Below, piece by piece: positions 24,756 to 38,983 of a stretch of 64,000 nucleotides of DNA. Within the stretch, counting starts at the first letter, position 1. Every line of letters starts with the position of its first letter. This DNA comes from Phoronis australis (lineage: Eukaryota > Animalia > Phoronida). Location: the NCBI GenBank assembly GCA_002633005.1, contig NMRA01000124.1, positions 1-64,000 of the forward strand, written 5' to 3'. Under the pieces are notes generated by a model. That model had not been told where the DNA came from, did not search any database, and was given only the letters and a program-made list of their open reading frames with translations. The translations under genes were made by a program, and so were the position numbers.

Positions 24756-27700
24756 GTCACTTCAAAACCTGCAAGTTTTATTACAGGTAACAGATGATCC
24801 ATAATTCCAACATTTTCAAAGGTATACGGATCAAAACACAAGCTGGGGGAGGGGGTTAATGGCCAGTGCATGTCTGTACAGTTTTCAGCAAATGTTCGTG
24901 GTCTTTGTCTTTTTAGGGGAAGGGTCTGCCAAAAGAGAAAATTTCGTAAGCTCTAAGAAGTTTTGTAAGTTTAAGCGAAACCCCAGCTTAACAGGATAGG
25001 ACCTCCTGATGACCCACAAGAAATTTTGTGTACAAGACACCGAAAACATGATCAGAAACACAAGATCATTCTTGAAGTAAAAATTAAAGAAACTTTTGTG
25101 ACTCATTAAATTTATCCTAGACAAGTGAAGAGTTGTCAAACTTTTGCTTTGTATGACATTGCATTTGTTTTCAATACTAGGACCAAGTGTGAGGTCACAC
25201 ATTGTATGAAGCAGGTATTGCGTCATGTTATTGATAATGATAATGCCAGATATATATAGATTTATTTATTACATGGAGAAGTCGTTATCCCCAATAATCA
25301 AGACATGCTCCATACATGTCAGAATCTTACATGGATGTCAGTTCAATATAGCCCGAGTGAACTTTGGATATAATTCTCTAAAATCCACTAGGGCTACAGA
25401 CAAGGGGGATAACAACTGAGGACATGTAACAATCTATTTGCCATGACACATACTGATTGATAAACATTGTAACGAATCCATATGCCTTTCCCGAGTTGCC
25501 TCGGCTTTGGAACTACTGTACTTTCTATGTCAGAGGCTCAGGGTCAAAGGTTGTGACCTTTTAAGAAATGCCGAGTCATTCTTGTTAAAATAATGTTTTT
25601 ACTCAAAACCAATTGAAAATTTAAATAAAATCGAAATAAAGTGATCAGAAGCTATAAATTAGTTTTAAGCAAATAGGCTAGCTTACTAAACATCTTATCA
25701 TACTAAGCTTCCACCGTGAAAATATCAACTGCTAAAGTAGGTTATCATTGCTTAATGAGTATAATGTCTGAGACAAAGATTATCAACGACACGTTTCCCA
25801 CATTTAAAGTGGAGATCGATGATTTACACTGAGAAAAAAATGGCAGAGAAATTTTATTGAATTACTAGTTAAGATGTTGTTTTATTGAAATTGCATGTCT
25901 TATTTTTCACAGCCTACAAATGTCGGTACAATGCGGTTTGTTGAACATGCGATTATTGCACGTCCTCATTTAGTATTAAATTTTCACATAAGGTGACGTT
26001 AGCAGCTGAATGGCTCAGCGGTTAAGGTGACAGCTGTCGTTACACGGAGCTTGAACCATCAACGGTATGGTCCAGAGAATAATTTTGTACAAGTTTAGGG
26101 CGAATTCTAATTTAAAAAGCAATTAATTAAAATGCGTTTTTATGACACAGATTAGTAATTTTTTAAACTTTATTTCACATTTTATATTTTGACAGTCACA
26201 TTTACTTATTAATTTTAAATTAGTATTCTATTTAACATATAAAAACAGGTTTTCTTGATAATTAATAGCTGTCAAATACAAGGCAAAATGATTATCACTC
26301 TCATTTCCATCTATATTGCTTACCATTTTCAAAGGGGAGTGAACATTTTAGGGGTTGTTTTATATCTTTAATCAAGTCAAATGTATTGAAAAGTTAAAAT
26401 CCTAGAGTATTTTCCTAGCATAGGCCACCTGTGATGATTTCTTGCAAAAAGTCAATCGGTACATTTTTATTTAAAAACATTGAATTAGTAGCTTAAGACC
26501 AGTATAGCTTAAATACTGCAAAAGTTTGAATAATTCTGAACGGATATCTTAGTCACAACAAACAATTTAACACTAGAAATTCAGAGCGTACGTCCGTCAC
26601 GTACGTCCATCACACTAACTCAGCTTACATCAAGCTGTCTGACAAAAATTTCTTAGAAAAAACATCAAAAAAATTAGTGAGTTGTACTTTGCAAACATTC
26701 CATTAAAGCATAATATAAAACAAAAAATTGTAAGTTAACTCACAGAAAATTAATGTTAAAAATTTATTATAAAAATTAAAATTCTCTGCGTACGTCCGTC
26801 ACACCCCTTTAAAGGTAATTTTCTCAGACAGATTAAAAGATGGGGGAAAAGTTGATGCAAGCTTTGAAAGCCATCAATTAGACCTATCAATTGATGTATT
26901 AACTATTCTCCTATGATGAACATTTTTTTCACAATTGATCAAAACGTTTTCTGATTGTATGTCTGTCACAAATAGAATTGCCCTGAAGGCGGTGGTGGAC
27001 GTCACTCCAGAGACAATAAACAATTTAGTACATTTACAGTTGAGAAGGTGCATAGTGCAGATTAAAAACAACATGTGCATTGTCTTACTTTTGGGAATAG
27101 CCTAAGACGCTAATCCTATCATGGAAGGCAGCAAAAGAGGAAGTACACTCACAGTGTGTTGGTTGAGATTGTTCCACAACCTAATGAATGGGAAAAGACT
27201 ATATAAATGGAGATTTTGCCTAATACCGTATTCGCCATAATAACCGCCCATGCCCCTATAAGCGCCTCCCCCCACCATGCGTTTTCAGACTTTGCTGCAA
27301 TAAGCACCCAGTCCATGAACGTGTACATGCGAACAATGATGTACCTACAGTCCTAAAACTCAGCTACAGTCAGGCCATCATGCAGGGTAGGTCCTGGCAA
27401 GGACGCCCAATGTATCATTTCGATGCCCTGTCAATCATAGTTTCTCCAGTTTGGACTCCCACAAGATTACTAAGACTCCCAGTTAATCAAAGAGAGAAGT
27501 TGGCCCTTCCAACTCAGAAAGAAATATAAAATAATGTTGCTATGTTCATACTATTTTCAAAGTATTTGGTAGACCTGTCAATCATTAGCATCTGTTTGGT
27601 TGCTAGAATGTCTGCTTTCAGTAGACTCATATGCCATTGCAATTCTGTACTTTATATAGGGACATGGACCTTGCTTAACTCCAAACTGGTGTTTCAGAGC

Positions 27701-29170
27701 TGTAGTTTCATCTACTTCATCTTTTTTTGAAAACACCAAAAGCGAAATAAATGTCATTATTTTAATAATATGATGTGCTGCAAGAATATCCCCATTTAAA
27801 ATTTTTGAGTTTTCGCCCGTTTCATGCTTTTCTATGTGCGTCTAAAATGGAACAGCAGTGACACCTGTTGCCAAAATATAAACCACACATCATCTGTGCA
27901 TTTTTCTTTTGTTGGTAACTGCAGCTTTGATGACTCATTGTACAGAATATAAAGCTAGTGAAGTTGATATAATAAACTTTATAACAGAATGTGAGTTGAG
28001 ATGACCAAAAACCGTGCACTCATCATTCAACCAATATCTGTAATATCTGTAATACCTGTTTGGTAAGCTATTTGGCTGTTTTCGTATATTTAAACATAAA
28101 AGCCTTGATCAACAGTTTTTTGTACTTAAAAAAGAAAGACCAATACAAGGGAGCTATTTTTGTAAACTTAGGTGTAAAAGCCTTGTTCAATGCATTTTTA
28201 ATTGTAAAAAAAACTTCACTGTGTGTGTTTGGGGGGGGGGGGGTTTCTTGTGAATGGTGGTGGGGAGGGGGGCGGGTAATGCGTCGTTGGAATCATGGAC
28301 GCCCTGGAATATTGGAACCCCATTTTGGACACCCTATGTTCGAAATCCTGGATGAAGCCCTGGCTACAGTAACGTCTTCAATTTATCAAAAAAATTTTGC
28401 ACGGGTCTTCTAGACCACCAGCGGCACTGCTACTTTTGTATTTAGCCGAGACTCTATACTTCAAAGTAACGCAGCGCTTCAAAACGAACACAACAGCGTT
28501 GCTATGCTCTCGCGACGACCGTGTCCCACTATGGTCTGACCTTTCAGTAGACACATAGACTGTATCATGAATAAAAATAACTCGGTGTTAAATGCACGTG
28601 GCCAGGAAGCGTGCGCTACATACATGAACCTGTCATCAAAGACATTAGTCGGGAACTATCTATTCATGAAACGGGTAGCATAGCATCGATAAGAAATAAA
28701 TATTGGCACTAATTTCCGACAATTTCTAATACTATAAAACATGTTTGCGTTATTTTTGAGATGGATTGTTTGATTAACCATAATTGGTGTTTTTAGGCCG
28801 AATATCCGATAAAATGACAACTGACAGTGAATGCTTACACACCCTTACAATGAAAAATAACTATCAGATAGTTACGTACGCATCCAGCTACACGGCGACA
28901 AATGTCGAAAGTTTTTAGCACGAGACCGGAAAGTGCTGAATGAAACCCGCTCTGGTTTAGGCCTAATGCTTGTGCAAATTTCTTTAGACACATCTAGCTA
29001 ATTAGATTGCGTGTCTCTGGCCAAAAGACGGTCTCTGCTTTGGCAAATGAACTCTAGTGACACGCACGCGCTCGCTTACTCGCAGACGAACTTCAAAAGA
29101 AACGTCACGCGACAACAACATGTGTGTTCATCCAGACATTTTTCTTGCCGTGTTGCCGATCATACATGTA

Positions 29171-30133
29171 CACATAGGGTACCTAATTATCGGACGGAAC
29201 CTAAATATCGGACATTTCATAGAATCTTACTTGAAGCATAATCTGAGAATTAAATGACACCAATTTTTGTTCCGTTTTAATGCATTCAATGTCCAGCACC
29301 GTCTCGTTTTTTACAGCGTTGCCTCGTTTTGATTTCACCGAGAGAGGGTGCAATTTAGACCCCCAAGTCGGCCTAAAATGGACGATCGCATAAATCGGTT
29401 ATAAAAGTTGAAAATAAAATCTTTTTCCACAATGAAACCATCTCATTGAACAGACAATATGTCACTGTTCCATTTTTTCGTTTGTTTTTAAACTCAAGTC
29501 AAACCCCGACCGCGCACGTGCGGGTGTCATATCAAGAAGCCTAAGTGATACTAAAAACTGCACTGAGTTTGCACGTGCTTTATTCGTCTGCACTAATTCA
29601 TTGAAACGACTTGGCGCCGTCATCAGATTTCATTTCATAGATAATTTTGTTGCGAATGGACCTGGGTTCTAGCAGCATATATGTCAAAACACTCGAGCTG
29701 AAATTTGGCGACAAGGTGCCCGCGGCCATTACGTGGTTAGTCAGTTTTCCGCGGTGTGGCGTATGGAGAAACCTGTCTCCCGTTCAGTAACGCTAGGACC
29801 TAGCTAAAAAGCAAGACTTCGCGGGATTACGCGAGATATTGCCGTGCATTTTAAATGAGAGCACGTGACTTTGACTAGGTTTTAGCTAGGTCCTAGCGTA
29901 GGTCCTAGCGTCTACTGGTGTCCGATATTTAGGTTCTCCGAAGGTTTGGTTGTTGTGTTTTTTGAAGATCAGTCGGAACACAAATGTGGCTTTCAGTGAC
30001 AAAATATAGTAACAGAACAATTCCGTGAAGGTAAATCTTTATTTCAGCAAAGAATTTACAACAATCCGTAATGTTTTCAATTAAATATAATGCAAAATGT
30101 GCCAAAACGTCCGATAATTAGGTCACTTGACTG
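29171..30133. mobile_element. Nested TA-flanked TIR element
   Basis: acctaattatcggacg / cgtccgataattaggt inverted ends with second inner pair acctaaatatcggaca / tgtccgatatttaggt. Confidence 0.65.
29781..29912. mobile_element. Palindromic MITE (copy 1; copy 2 at 33671-33836)
   Basis: ccgttcagtaacgctaggacctagctaaaa...ttttagctaggtcctagcgt; near-identical sequence at 33671. Confidence 0.7.
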
Positions 30134-33100
30134 TAGATAGCACGATTTTGCACAGATTTGTACTTAAACCTGCCGTTAATCCAGACTCCACGGGTACTTA
30201 AAAAATCTTAGAGACGCTACTCATAAATTTAAACTTAATGAGGATTTCAGGTAATTTGCTCGAGTTGAAACCATTTTTATTCAAGCATTGAAGTCACCAT
30301 ATCGAAGATGGCGATTTCAAGGCAGTCAGTCATCAAGTTTTCGTGCTGGGATTTCAGCACAATTTTCTGTAAAATGATCGTAATTTAGCAGCAAAGCTTG
30401 ATAGAAATGCACCACAGTTTTGTTGAAAGTCTTGCATAGATTACATATACGTCACAGAGTGTAAATTTGATGAATCTTAGCTTCCGATTTCACCCATTTC
30501 GGAGACCGGGTTTCAACCGCCTTGGGTTATAATAAGCGCCCCCCTGAACCGAACTTTTGTAAGTGCCCTGGGCGGTTATTACGGAAATACGGTATATGGA
30601 ATACGGAATGAGAGTGGATGACTGTGTGCAGAAGAGCGAGTAGGCAGTAAATTATTACCCTGTGGTAAATCTGCAATGAGCGCAGTAATTATAAAGGACT
30701 CTCTAAATCACTCGCCTACGCCACGGGAAATTGGACACTGATCAGATGTAGCCATCCCTGATTTAAAGAACCAGGCAATTACTGAGTAACGGGCTCGTTA
30801 TTTAGTGGGTGAAACTGGTTCAGTAAATCAGGGACCACTATATACGACCAGTGCCCGCAATTGCTCTTTGGTAGACTGGTGTAGACGTCTGGCATTGAAG
30901 CAAAGGGTACTGGTTTCGGAAGTTCCCAAATTTTACTTGGACAAGGTGATTTTTCACTAGAAGTCGAATCGCTTGGTTTTACCGGGGTCACTGGTTCGAT
31001 ATACCGGGTGTCGTGGTCTCAGCAATTACTACACCGCGGATATTTTCATGAAACCGGGCCCAAAAAACTACACAAATAAAAATAGGCAGCAAAAAGAAAA
31101 TCGTTACCTCTTAAGCATCAATATGTGGTCGTGGTTTTCGGAAGAGAAGAAAATGAAGGGAACACAGTTATTGAAGGATGTCGTTGTAACGCTGTAGACG
31201 ACGCCTACCGTTACCAGTCGTAACGAAACAGTTCTTGTGAGTAGTCGGCGGCCGCCCCCGCGGTCCATTGAGGTCATAGCAGGCGCCCAGGGCGCGGGTG
31301 GTGTTGGGGGCGTGACATGGACACCTACCCCTGTAAGGCAAACCAATTGTCGTTGAGAAAGGAGATTGATAGCGTGTCGGCATGACGCTTGCATAATGCA
31401 CTCGTCTTGGCCGGGCGCGGGGCCCGGGTTTTACGTCACTACCATACCACTACAAGGGTTGGTGTGCATAAGTTAAGTCACTCCGATGTGTTGCTTAAGA
31501 GTTTAGAGTTTGGGACATCTCCAAAACCCGGCGAAAGGCACTAGATGTCTCTTTTCTTAATTGAACGGGCCTAATTTTGTCGTTCAATCCTGAAAAGGTT
31601 CCGAATGAATTTAGTTTTTGTAGTAGGCCTACGCAACGGTCTACTTGAGCCGAGAATGAGCACTAGCGGAAAGAATGTTGCCCGCACGAACCAGAAGCGG
31701 TCAAGTTATCACTGCACCGACATATGTCTCTGTTTCCCTTCATAAGTTAATTATGTTATCTCGAAATCTCGAAAAAGGCGCAAAATCCAGGCGTAATTGT
31801 GTTACTCGTGCATATTGCTTGTAATCCCAAGCGGTCAAAGTCGTTACTAACGGTTAGGAAATGTGATGTTGGGCGGTATCTTGTGGACTCTTTAGCCCTT
31901 TTGAGATAAATTTATCCTACCCTTTAGCTACGGGTTTGCTCATGATTAGCTAAGTGATGTTGTCGTTTTTTCTCAACTGAAATCAAAGTTTTCTATGTGG
32001 TGTGTAAAAAATCATCGGATTTTTTTCACACGAGAAGATGGTCGCCAATAAACTAGTGTCACACCCATTAACGTGTGAGAATTGTCTAGTTGCCCCTGAT
32101 ACACGAGGATCGCTTGCTAATCAGCCTCAGATCAATTGGTTTCAGAAGTTACTTTGAATGAAAACGAAATAGGATTGTCTGACTGAAAGAAAGAGGTAAT
32201 GACACTTTTCAATGAATGTCAGGTTTCCAATTTATTTTATGTGAGCCCAATTAATCTCGTCGTAAAGGAAGGTCTATTTCATGACGGTATCTGCTCAGGT
32301 AAGTTTAGACTGGCCAAAATTCACTGAGGCCGTTTGAGTAAATCAATAGGAACTTAACTATTGTATTTTTGTAGGGAACAACTCAAATTCTCAACTTCGC
32401 TAAAGAAAAAAAACGGCGAGTTTCGATTTTATATTTGCTGTAGTGTTCTGATCGCTGTCTTCATACTGAAAAATAAACGAAACTGTTTCGTCGTGCACTC
32501 AAGAACTGAACATTATGCCGCTAGCTACGAGTTTGCTTAGCCTTCGTCACCATAAAGTAAACGAAGCTGTTTCATCGTCCACTCAAGAATTGAAATTCAG
32601 CCGATACCGACGAGTTTGATTAATCTTCTTACATTGGTAGAAAAGCGCGCAGACAAAAGTACAAAGCTGTTAGATTTTAATCAAATTTAGATTTTTAAGA
32701 AGCGTGTCGCCTGCCACTGATTGAGATCCGCGTCTCTGTTCAACGATGTTCAATGAATGACTCATAGGCTGAGTTTGTTGACTCCTAGCAAAGTAAAACA
32801 CACCTGGATTGTACCAATTCCTGTAATTAAAAAACGATACCTGTAGCTGGAAAGGAAATACAGACTAAGATAGAAAGCTCCAAGTAATACTGCTCCTATT
32901 TCAGCAGATCTATACACTTGTATCTATCAGCGCAAGAAATAAGTCTGCAAAGTTAATTCTACTGTAGCAGATGCAACGTTGCGAGTCAATTATCGTTGTG
33001 TATGTGAAATAGTAGTGTTCTTTCGGTTTGACACTGTCACGGTGGATACTTATGACTGTTCCAATAGGCTGTATTACGTGGGTGGCGCAGCACTGAAATA

Positions 33101-33670
33101 AGTGGTGGCCCCCTATGGTGCGGTCCTCGTGAATTAGCCAACTGGTGTCGAAAACCATCCAAATGGATTGATGAAATGGTGTGAAAATGTTGAAATTTCC
33201 TGTTTCTAAAGTATGCAGTTTGAGGCCTACTATTTGATTTATCATTAAAAGGGAATGCGTCTTTTAAATTACATACGAAAAGTATAATGAACAATAGCTG
33301 GAGTTGAGACCAGAATGCTCTAGACAGCATTATACCTGGGAATGTCGCCAGGTGTTTTGGACCATTATATGGCATACTTTATTTGTTTGAAATACATTTC
33401 GAATCAGTTTAGGTGATTTTTATCAAAACGGTATTAACCACGCAACGATAATTAAGTCAAGCCAAAATCGCTGACTTAATTATTTCGAATAAATCCGTTT
33501 AGCAACGGTGAATCTTCCCGTTGACGAAATCAGTGAAATGAACTGGTAAGGGAATGAGTCTCTATAAGCAGAAGGTTTACTCTGAGGGTACTGCGCGGAA
33601 GTCGTTAGTGGATACGACTAGACCAAGCGACTAGCTGGCCCAAGGAAAGTCTCATATGGAAAGCCAGCCT

Positions 33671-33836
33671 CCCGTTCAGTAACACTAGGACCTCGCTAAA
33701 AATCAAGACTTCGCGAGATTACGTGAGATATTTCCGTGTATTTTAAGTGAGATCACGTGACTAAAACTAGATTTTAGCTACGTCCTAGCGTAGGTCCTGG
33801 CGTATGTCCTAGCGTAGGTCCTAGCGTTACTGAACG
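33671..33836. mobile_element. Palindromic MITE (copy 2) with 12-bp subrepeats
   Basis: cgttcagtaacactaggacct...(aggtcctagcgt)x4...tactgaacg; inverted ends cgttcagtaac / gttactgaacg. Confidence 0.7.
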
Positions 33837-34697
33837 CACGCCAGACCAGGATTCCACGGCTACTGGGTATGAGTCTGACATCGCGTTGGCCTATCATTTT
33901 GTTAAAAGTGTGATTGAACACATCAGGGTTGATAAATGCTAAAATGAAATGCTTAATATTTCTCAATTTGCAAGTTTCAACAATTAAATTCTTGTCATTA
34001 AACACCCCATGGTTGATAATTCTAAATACCGAAGTGCTTCAAATTTCTTAATTTGCAAGTTTTAGCCATTAAATCTTGTCATTTTGAAATACTGTCAACG
34101 CCTGTGGGCGTGTGTTGACATTGCTGGTGTTTGTGATTTTTGAATACCAAGGACGTTCTAAATGTAGCCAAAGGAAATTCTCACGTAAACGAGATGAACT
34201 AAAAATTTCAATGCAAACTTCACTCTGGTGCTAATAATAATAATAATTCGGTGGCACACAACACCGACGAATTGGTGACATTTGGTGTCAATCGTGTAAG
34301 CGATTTAGCCGGAACTGGGGCGCAAATGAGTTCGACACAGATGTAATTTATTATAAAATTTCATCTGCTCATGGTTTAATGGTTGCCCTGGTTACTGATA
34401 GCGTGTCATTTAACTGCACTTAAATCGACAAAATGATGAACACCGTCCCATAAAGCAACTGACTGAATGGAGCAACGATAGTCTTGGGTCAACAATGTTG
34501 ACATTTCGTTGATGGAATATCTTTATGATAACTTTTACTTTCACGAAACGTCAGATTGTTTCTGCGTCATAGCGTAATTTGTGTAATTTATGGAAAAGGC
34601 GAACCTAGTGACGGCTCTGGAACATTACTTCATCTCCGTGTAACTAAGGATAGGAGGCTAAGTTTCACTGTTATTGTTTCTATTGAATAAGCCAGAC

Positions 34698-34782
34698 ATG
34701 GAAATACGGCGTTGGACTTTGCTGATTTACTTTGCACATTTCTTGGGTATTTGGATACACGTCAGTTCCCAAGAACAGTCTG
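34698..34782 (+). CDS. Putative signal-peptide exon of the SMB-domain GPCR
   Basis: MEIRRWTLLIYFAHFLGIWIHVSSQEQS+G|gtaagt: basic-hydrophobic-polar signal peptide, perfect donor, phase 1, which completes the 2-nt overhang of the exon at 38984. Confidence 0.7.
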
Positions 34783-34954
34783 GTAAGTGCACTGATTAGA
34801 GTCCACTACAGAGCGTTTGGTCACTAGGCATTGGTGGAGATGTCATTAGGAATCATCAGCAGTGTCGCCATGAGTCTCATCTAAAATTTACCGCCAACGT
34901 CGTCATCACCACCATCACTGAAACAGTTACGAGTTGGCCTACACTATTTAGTAT

Positions 34955-35556
34955 TAACCATGTTTACCAGGTTGCACTTATGTGCAAATATTTTAACTTC
35001 CGTTAGTTCTAACCCCTACAACCTACAAAGTATATATTTTCTGACAGGTATAATTTTATGATTTTTATTTACTTGTTTTTATTTTGTCACGAGATCGGAG
35101 ATTTTAGAAATACTGTTCCTCCAATCATATTCTGGTCTTTTGTCAACATGTTGATAACGGCATTTTTGAGGGAACTGTCTCATATTTTTAAAATAGGTCC
35201 TAGTTTTTCGGAACGAAGCCTTCAAAAGTCCGTTTTTGCTCAAAATGCTCTAAAAAGTCGATAATTAAAAACTAAGACCTATTTCGAAATTTTGAGAGAC
35301 TGTTCCCTTGAAAATGCCATTATCAACATGTTGACAAAAGACCAATATGATTAGAGGAACATTATTTTTAAAATCTCTGTTCAAAATCAAAAAAATTACT
35401 AAAAACGTATATCTCGTAAAAAATAAAGACAAGTAAATAAGAATAATAAAATTTGTTAGGAAACTTATTGCCCTTTCAGAGAACATATACTTTATAGGGT
35501 TTAGAGCTAACAGAACTTAAGATATTTGCACATAGGTATAAGCTGGTAAATAAGGT
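34955..35556. mobile_element. Foldback MITE (~600 bp near-complete hairpin) in GPCR intron 1
   Basis: Left arm 34955-35210 (tttaccag...ttatgtgcaaatattttaac...ggtcttttgtcaacatgttgataacggcattt) is the reverse complement of 35267-35556. Confidence 0.75.
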
Positions 35557-37244
35557 TCACAGTTACCTTAACTAGCACTGGACCCATTTTTACTCCTTCT
35601 CTATGTGTTGTGCAATACCGTAGGCTACAGGCGGATCCAGGTGTTGAGTCCAGGGGGTTCGTACCCCAGTACTTAGCTTATAAGAGGCATACAAAAAACA
35701 AAGTAAATAGGAAATTTCTACATTTTTATTTCTATAGACCGCTGGTTACATAGGTCATGACACTAATCTTCCTTGCCTGTTTTCTTCTCGTTCGGTGTAC
35801 TTGGGCAGCACGTTTTATTAGACGCAAAATCCGTTGAACACACGACACTTTCGTTATTGGTAATCTTTATTTCGCTTCGCTCATGCTTCTTGATCAACTG
35901 TTGTACCATTGCCCTTTGGAGTCTCGATAACTGTTTTGGAAGTATGAGAGAAACGAAATAAAGATCATCAATAGTGAAAAGCGTTGTGTGTTCAACGGAT
36001 TGCTTGTTACAGGAATTCTCTTCAGAAACCTGTCGCTTTACTTGGACCTTCTCGTTCGTAAAATGCTGGATCCGTCTTTGCACCTTAATAACATACAAAT
36101 CAATTTCAGCTTCAAACGGAAATAAATCAAATCGCTAGTTTGCAAAATTTTCGCAGTTGTATGCAGGAATTTTATCTTACTGGTTGAAAATTATATAAAA
36201 CGTTCGTTTGTACTCCGTTTTAACCAAAATTTTTTCGTGACTGCACATTAAACACACAGGGTAAGCAAACAAACAAGACATCTACTTTGAAAGTTGGTCC
36301 ATGAAAGGAGACATTTTCATTGTACGATCACGTGACTTGAATGTTTATTGGTATTGACAAGTCTGGAGAAGCCATTACAAACTTAAAAAAACGTCCAAGT
36401 TAAATGTAAAACCAGTTCCCTTCCTCGTCTCATTCGGTGTGTAGTGCCGTGTAAGTCTGTTTGCGCTCATGAATACTACTACATATGTAAATATAGAGTA
36501 ACGTCGTGTGAGAACAAGATGTCGGTTCATTCCTGTCAACATAGTTTGGATATTCCCGTAGGGATGTGTAATATAAAATGAGAGACAAACTGTTAACGTC
36601 CACTTGGTCCGACAATTTGACCGTAATAATTTATTAGAGGGTCAAGGATATCGCAAACGTTCACAGCTACAGCCCAAGCCTAATTAAAGAACGACAGGCA
36701 CCCACTAACACCTACATGTAACTACTTTGTGTCCTGAGGGCCAACGCCGGCCGATTTCTAAATCCGGCATTACTTCATTGATCCATCTTCATCCGAAACT
36801 TTTCGACAATTATATGGATACGAGTGCACAGTAAATTGCATTGACGAAATACGAAGTGCCGGGGTTTGCCTTAAGTCGAATGGGGTTACGGATCGATATG
36901 AGAATTAATCTTCCCCGATTCGAGTCAAATTAAAGAATAAACTCTGAAGTGGAAACTGGCTTGCTGGTGCTTATATATACAGCTGTATGTCGTTGAAAAA
37001 TCGCAGTTTTTAGAAACAGTGTACAGAAAACATTAATATTCAAAAATGGCTCTGTGTAATAGTATATTTTTCAAGGACGAAAAATTTATCATGTTTACCA
37101 AAAACACTAGACAGTTTCGTTTAAAGCCGCATTAAACCCGTACATTCTGTCAAATTGAATTTAGGCCAGTAACAGTTATGAAACTGGTCTCGAGATGTTC
37201 CTGGGTAAGATTCAAGGTGAGTTCAGGGTTTTGAAAGAACTGTT

Positions 37245-37347
37245 TGTTCGTTATTTCTTTCGACCAAGCTCATAAAATTTCGACTCACGGCGTGACCTGG
37301 AATTTTGTGAGCATTTTATGAGCTTGGTCTGACGAAATAACGAACTG
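37245..37347. repeat. Short inverted-repeat hairpin (MITE-like)
   Basis: gttcgttatttc..gaccaagctcataaaat / attttatgagcttggtc..gaaataacgaac. Confidence 0.7.
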
Positions 37348-38983
37348 CCAATTCCTTCCGAGACCAGAGACCACTTCTAAACTGAGCGAGCAATACCATG
37401 AGACCGAGCTGCCGAAACAAACACTATTTGGTCAGGAAGCACGAATCTAATGCCGATGACGGAATCTCTTCAGAATTGCAGGTCCATTTCATTTGTTAGA
37501 GAATGTTAACTAAGTTACACTTTCTTCCTGAACGTTTCAATTACATGTCATTTTCTATCCGTGCGCCCATTTGAATATTACTTTAATAACGATTTTCGAT
37601 CAAGATTTAGTCTTCCTATGTGTGCGCACAGTACATGCGTTGGGTCAACTCCCGGCTCTCATTAGCAGTTGATTGTCACGTGCCTATAGGAATTTCCCTT
37701 GTTTGTTGCATCCTCTCATGTAATGTTCCAGTACAATTTTCGTGTGACCGCTACATAGACGTACGTTTCTAAACCCTCTTTAATTTTACCCACCCACTAA
37801 CTCCCCTTCTCGTACCTCTCTGTTGCGCTTTTTTATTGCTCATCTTACCACAGATTATTATTTTAACATATTGTATTTTATTTTCATCGCTTTTCTTTGT
37901 ACTTGCATTACGCCATAATAAATATTTCGCCAATTTCGGTCTCCTTTTCATCTCTGCTAACGAGCTTGTGGCCCACATATTTTATCGTTGGTACATGTTC
38001 ATACATGTTGAAGGCAAAATGTATTATTCCGCCTATAATTCCATGGCCTATACACGAGATTTTGCAATATATTTGACTTTTCACTTACTTTCTTCCACAG
38101 TGTAAACTAATATTTCAATTTCCAGAAAAAGTATAATGTCAATCGTAAACCAACAAATCTCAAAACTTGTCAAATAATCTCGGCCAGCATCGTAATTATA
38201 CAAATCTTGTTTTCCTAAATGGCCAAATCCGCTTTGAAATCCAATAACCTGATAAGGATCATTTTTAACCTATGCAGTTTCCTGGGAGTCAACTACTACC
38301 AGAGCTCTGTCAATATTTGACATCACGCATGAACTTTAAAATCATGTGACACTAGGCATCTGAAGCAAACTGAGCATCACTTGGTCAAGAGCCGGGGAGG
38401 TCAGATTTTTGTAAACACGAAAGCAAAAAACACATTCTGCGGGTAACAAATTCGAAGTAAGTTTGAGAAAAAAGCTTCGAGCAGTATCCGAATTGATGTT
38501 TGAAACAAATTCCTGAATCCTGATCAAGTTTAAACATTTTCTTCATGCTTCATTGTCACCGATGTGATTTTAATTACCATGGTTGTCTTTCACCATAGGC
38601 GGATTTAGGGGGCCCCAGGGGGCCCGCCTCCTCCCCCCTTGGCTGCCCCAAGCAAAATGAAACAGCAACAACGCGCAGCGTGAGGAAATATTGAGGTCAG
38701 TAAGTAAGAGCGTTAGAGGTTAGAGGATGAGGGGGGCTCAAGACACCCCAAATCGCGAGAGAATCGTGTTCCCGTTTTTTTGTTTTTTTTTTTGAGGTGA
38801 AAGTGCACATCCTAGGCTCCCGCAACTTTCTGACCGCCTGTGCATAGAATCGCGCTTCGACCAATTCCCCGAGGCAACATGTTGNCCTACATCCTCCGCT
38901 GTTCACTGAAGGGGCCTTTTGCAAATTCTATGAAAGGTCCATTTGCTAAGGTCGTAAAACATGATATTTATATCATTTTACAG

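Larger units (their letters stand above)
27226..30592. mobile_element. TA-flanked CCGTA-ended TIR element (pogo/Tigger-like), ~3.4 kb, with nested insertions
   Basis: ta|ccgtattcgccataataaccgccca at 27224 versus tgggcggttattacggaaatacgg|ta ending 30594; no intact transposase seen. Confidence 0.55.

Noticed and set aside
35763-36098. ORF with VVCSTDF resembling a THAP C-terminus
   Set aside because: No N-terminal CxxxxC and no His ligand; the region contains a short inverted repeat (35829-35860 / 35968-36000) suggesting a MITE.
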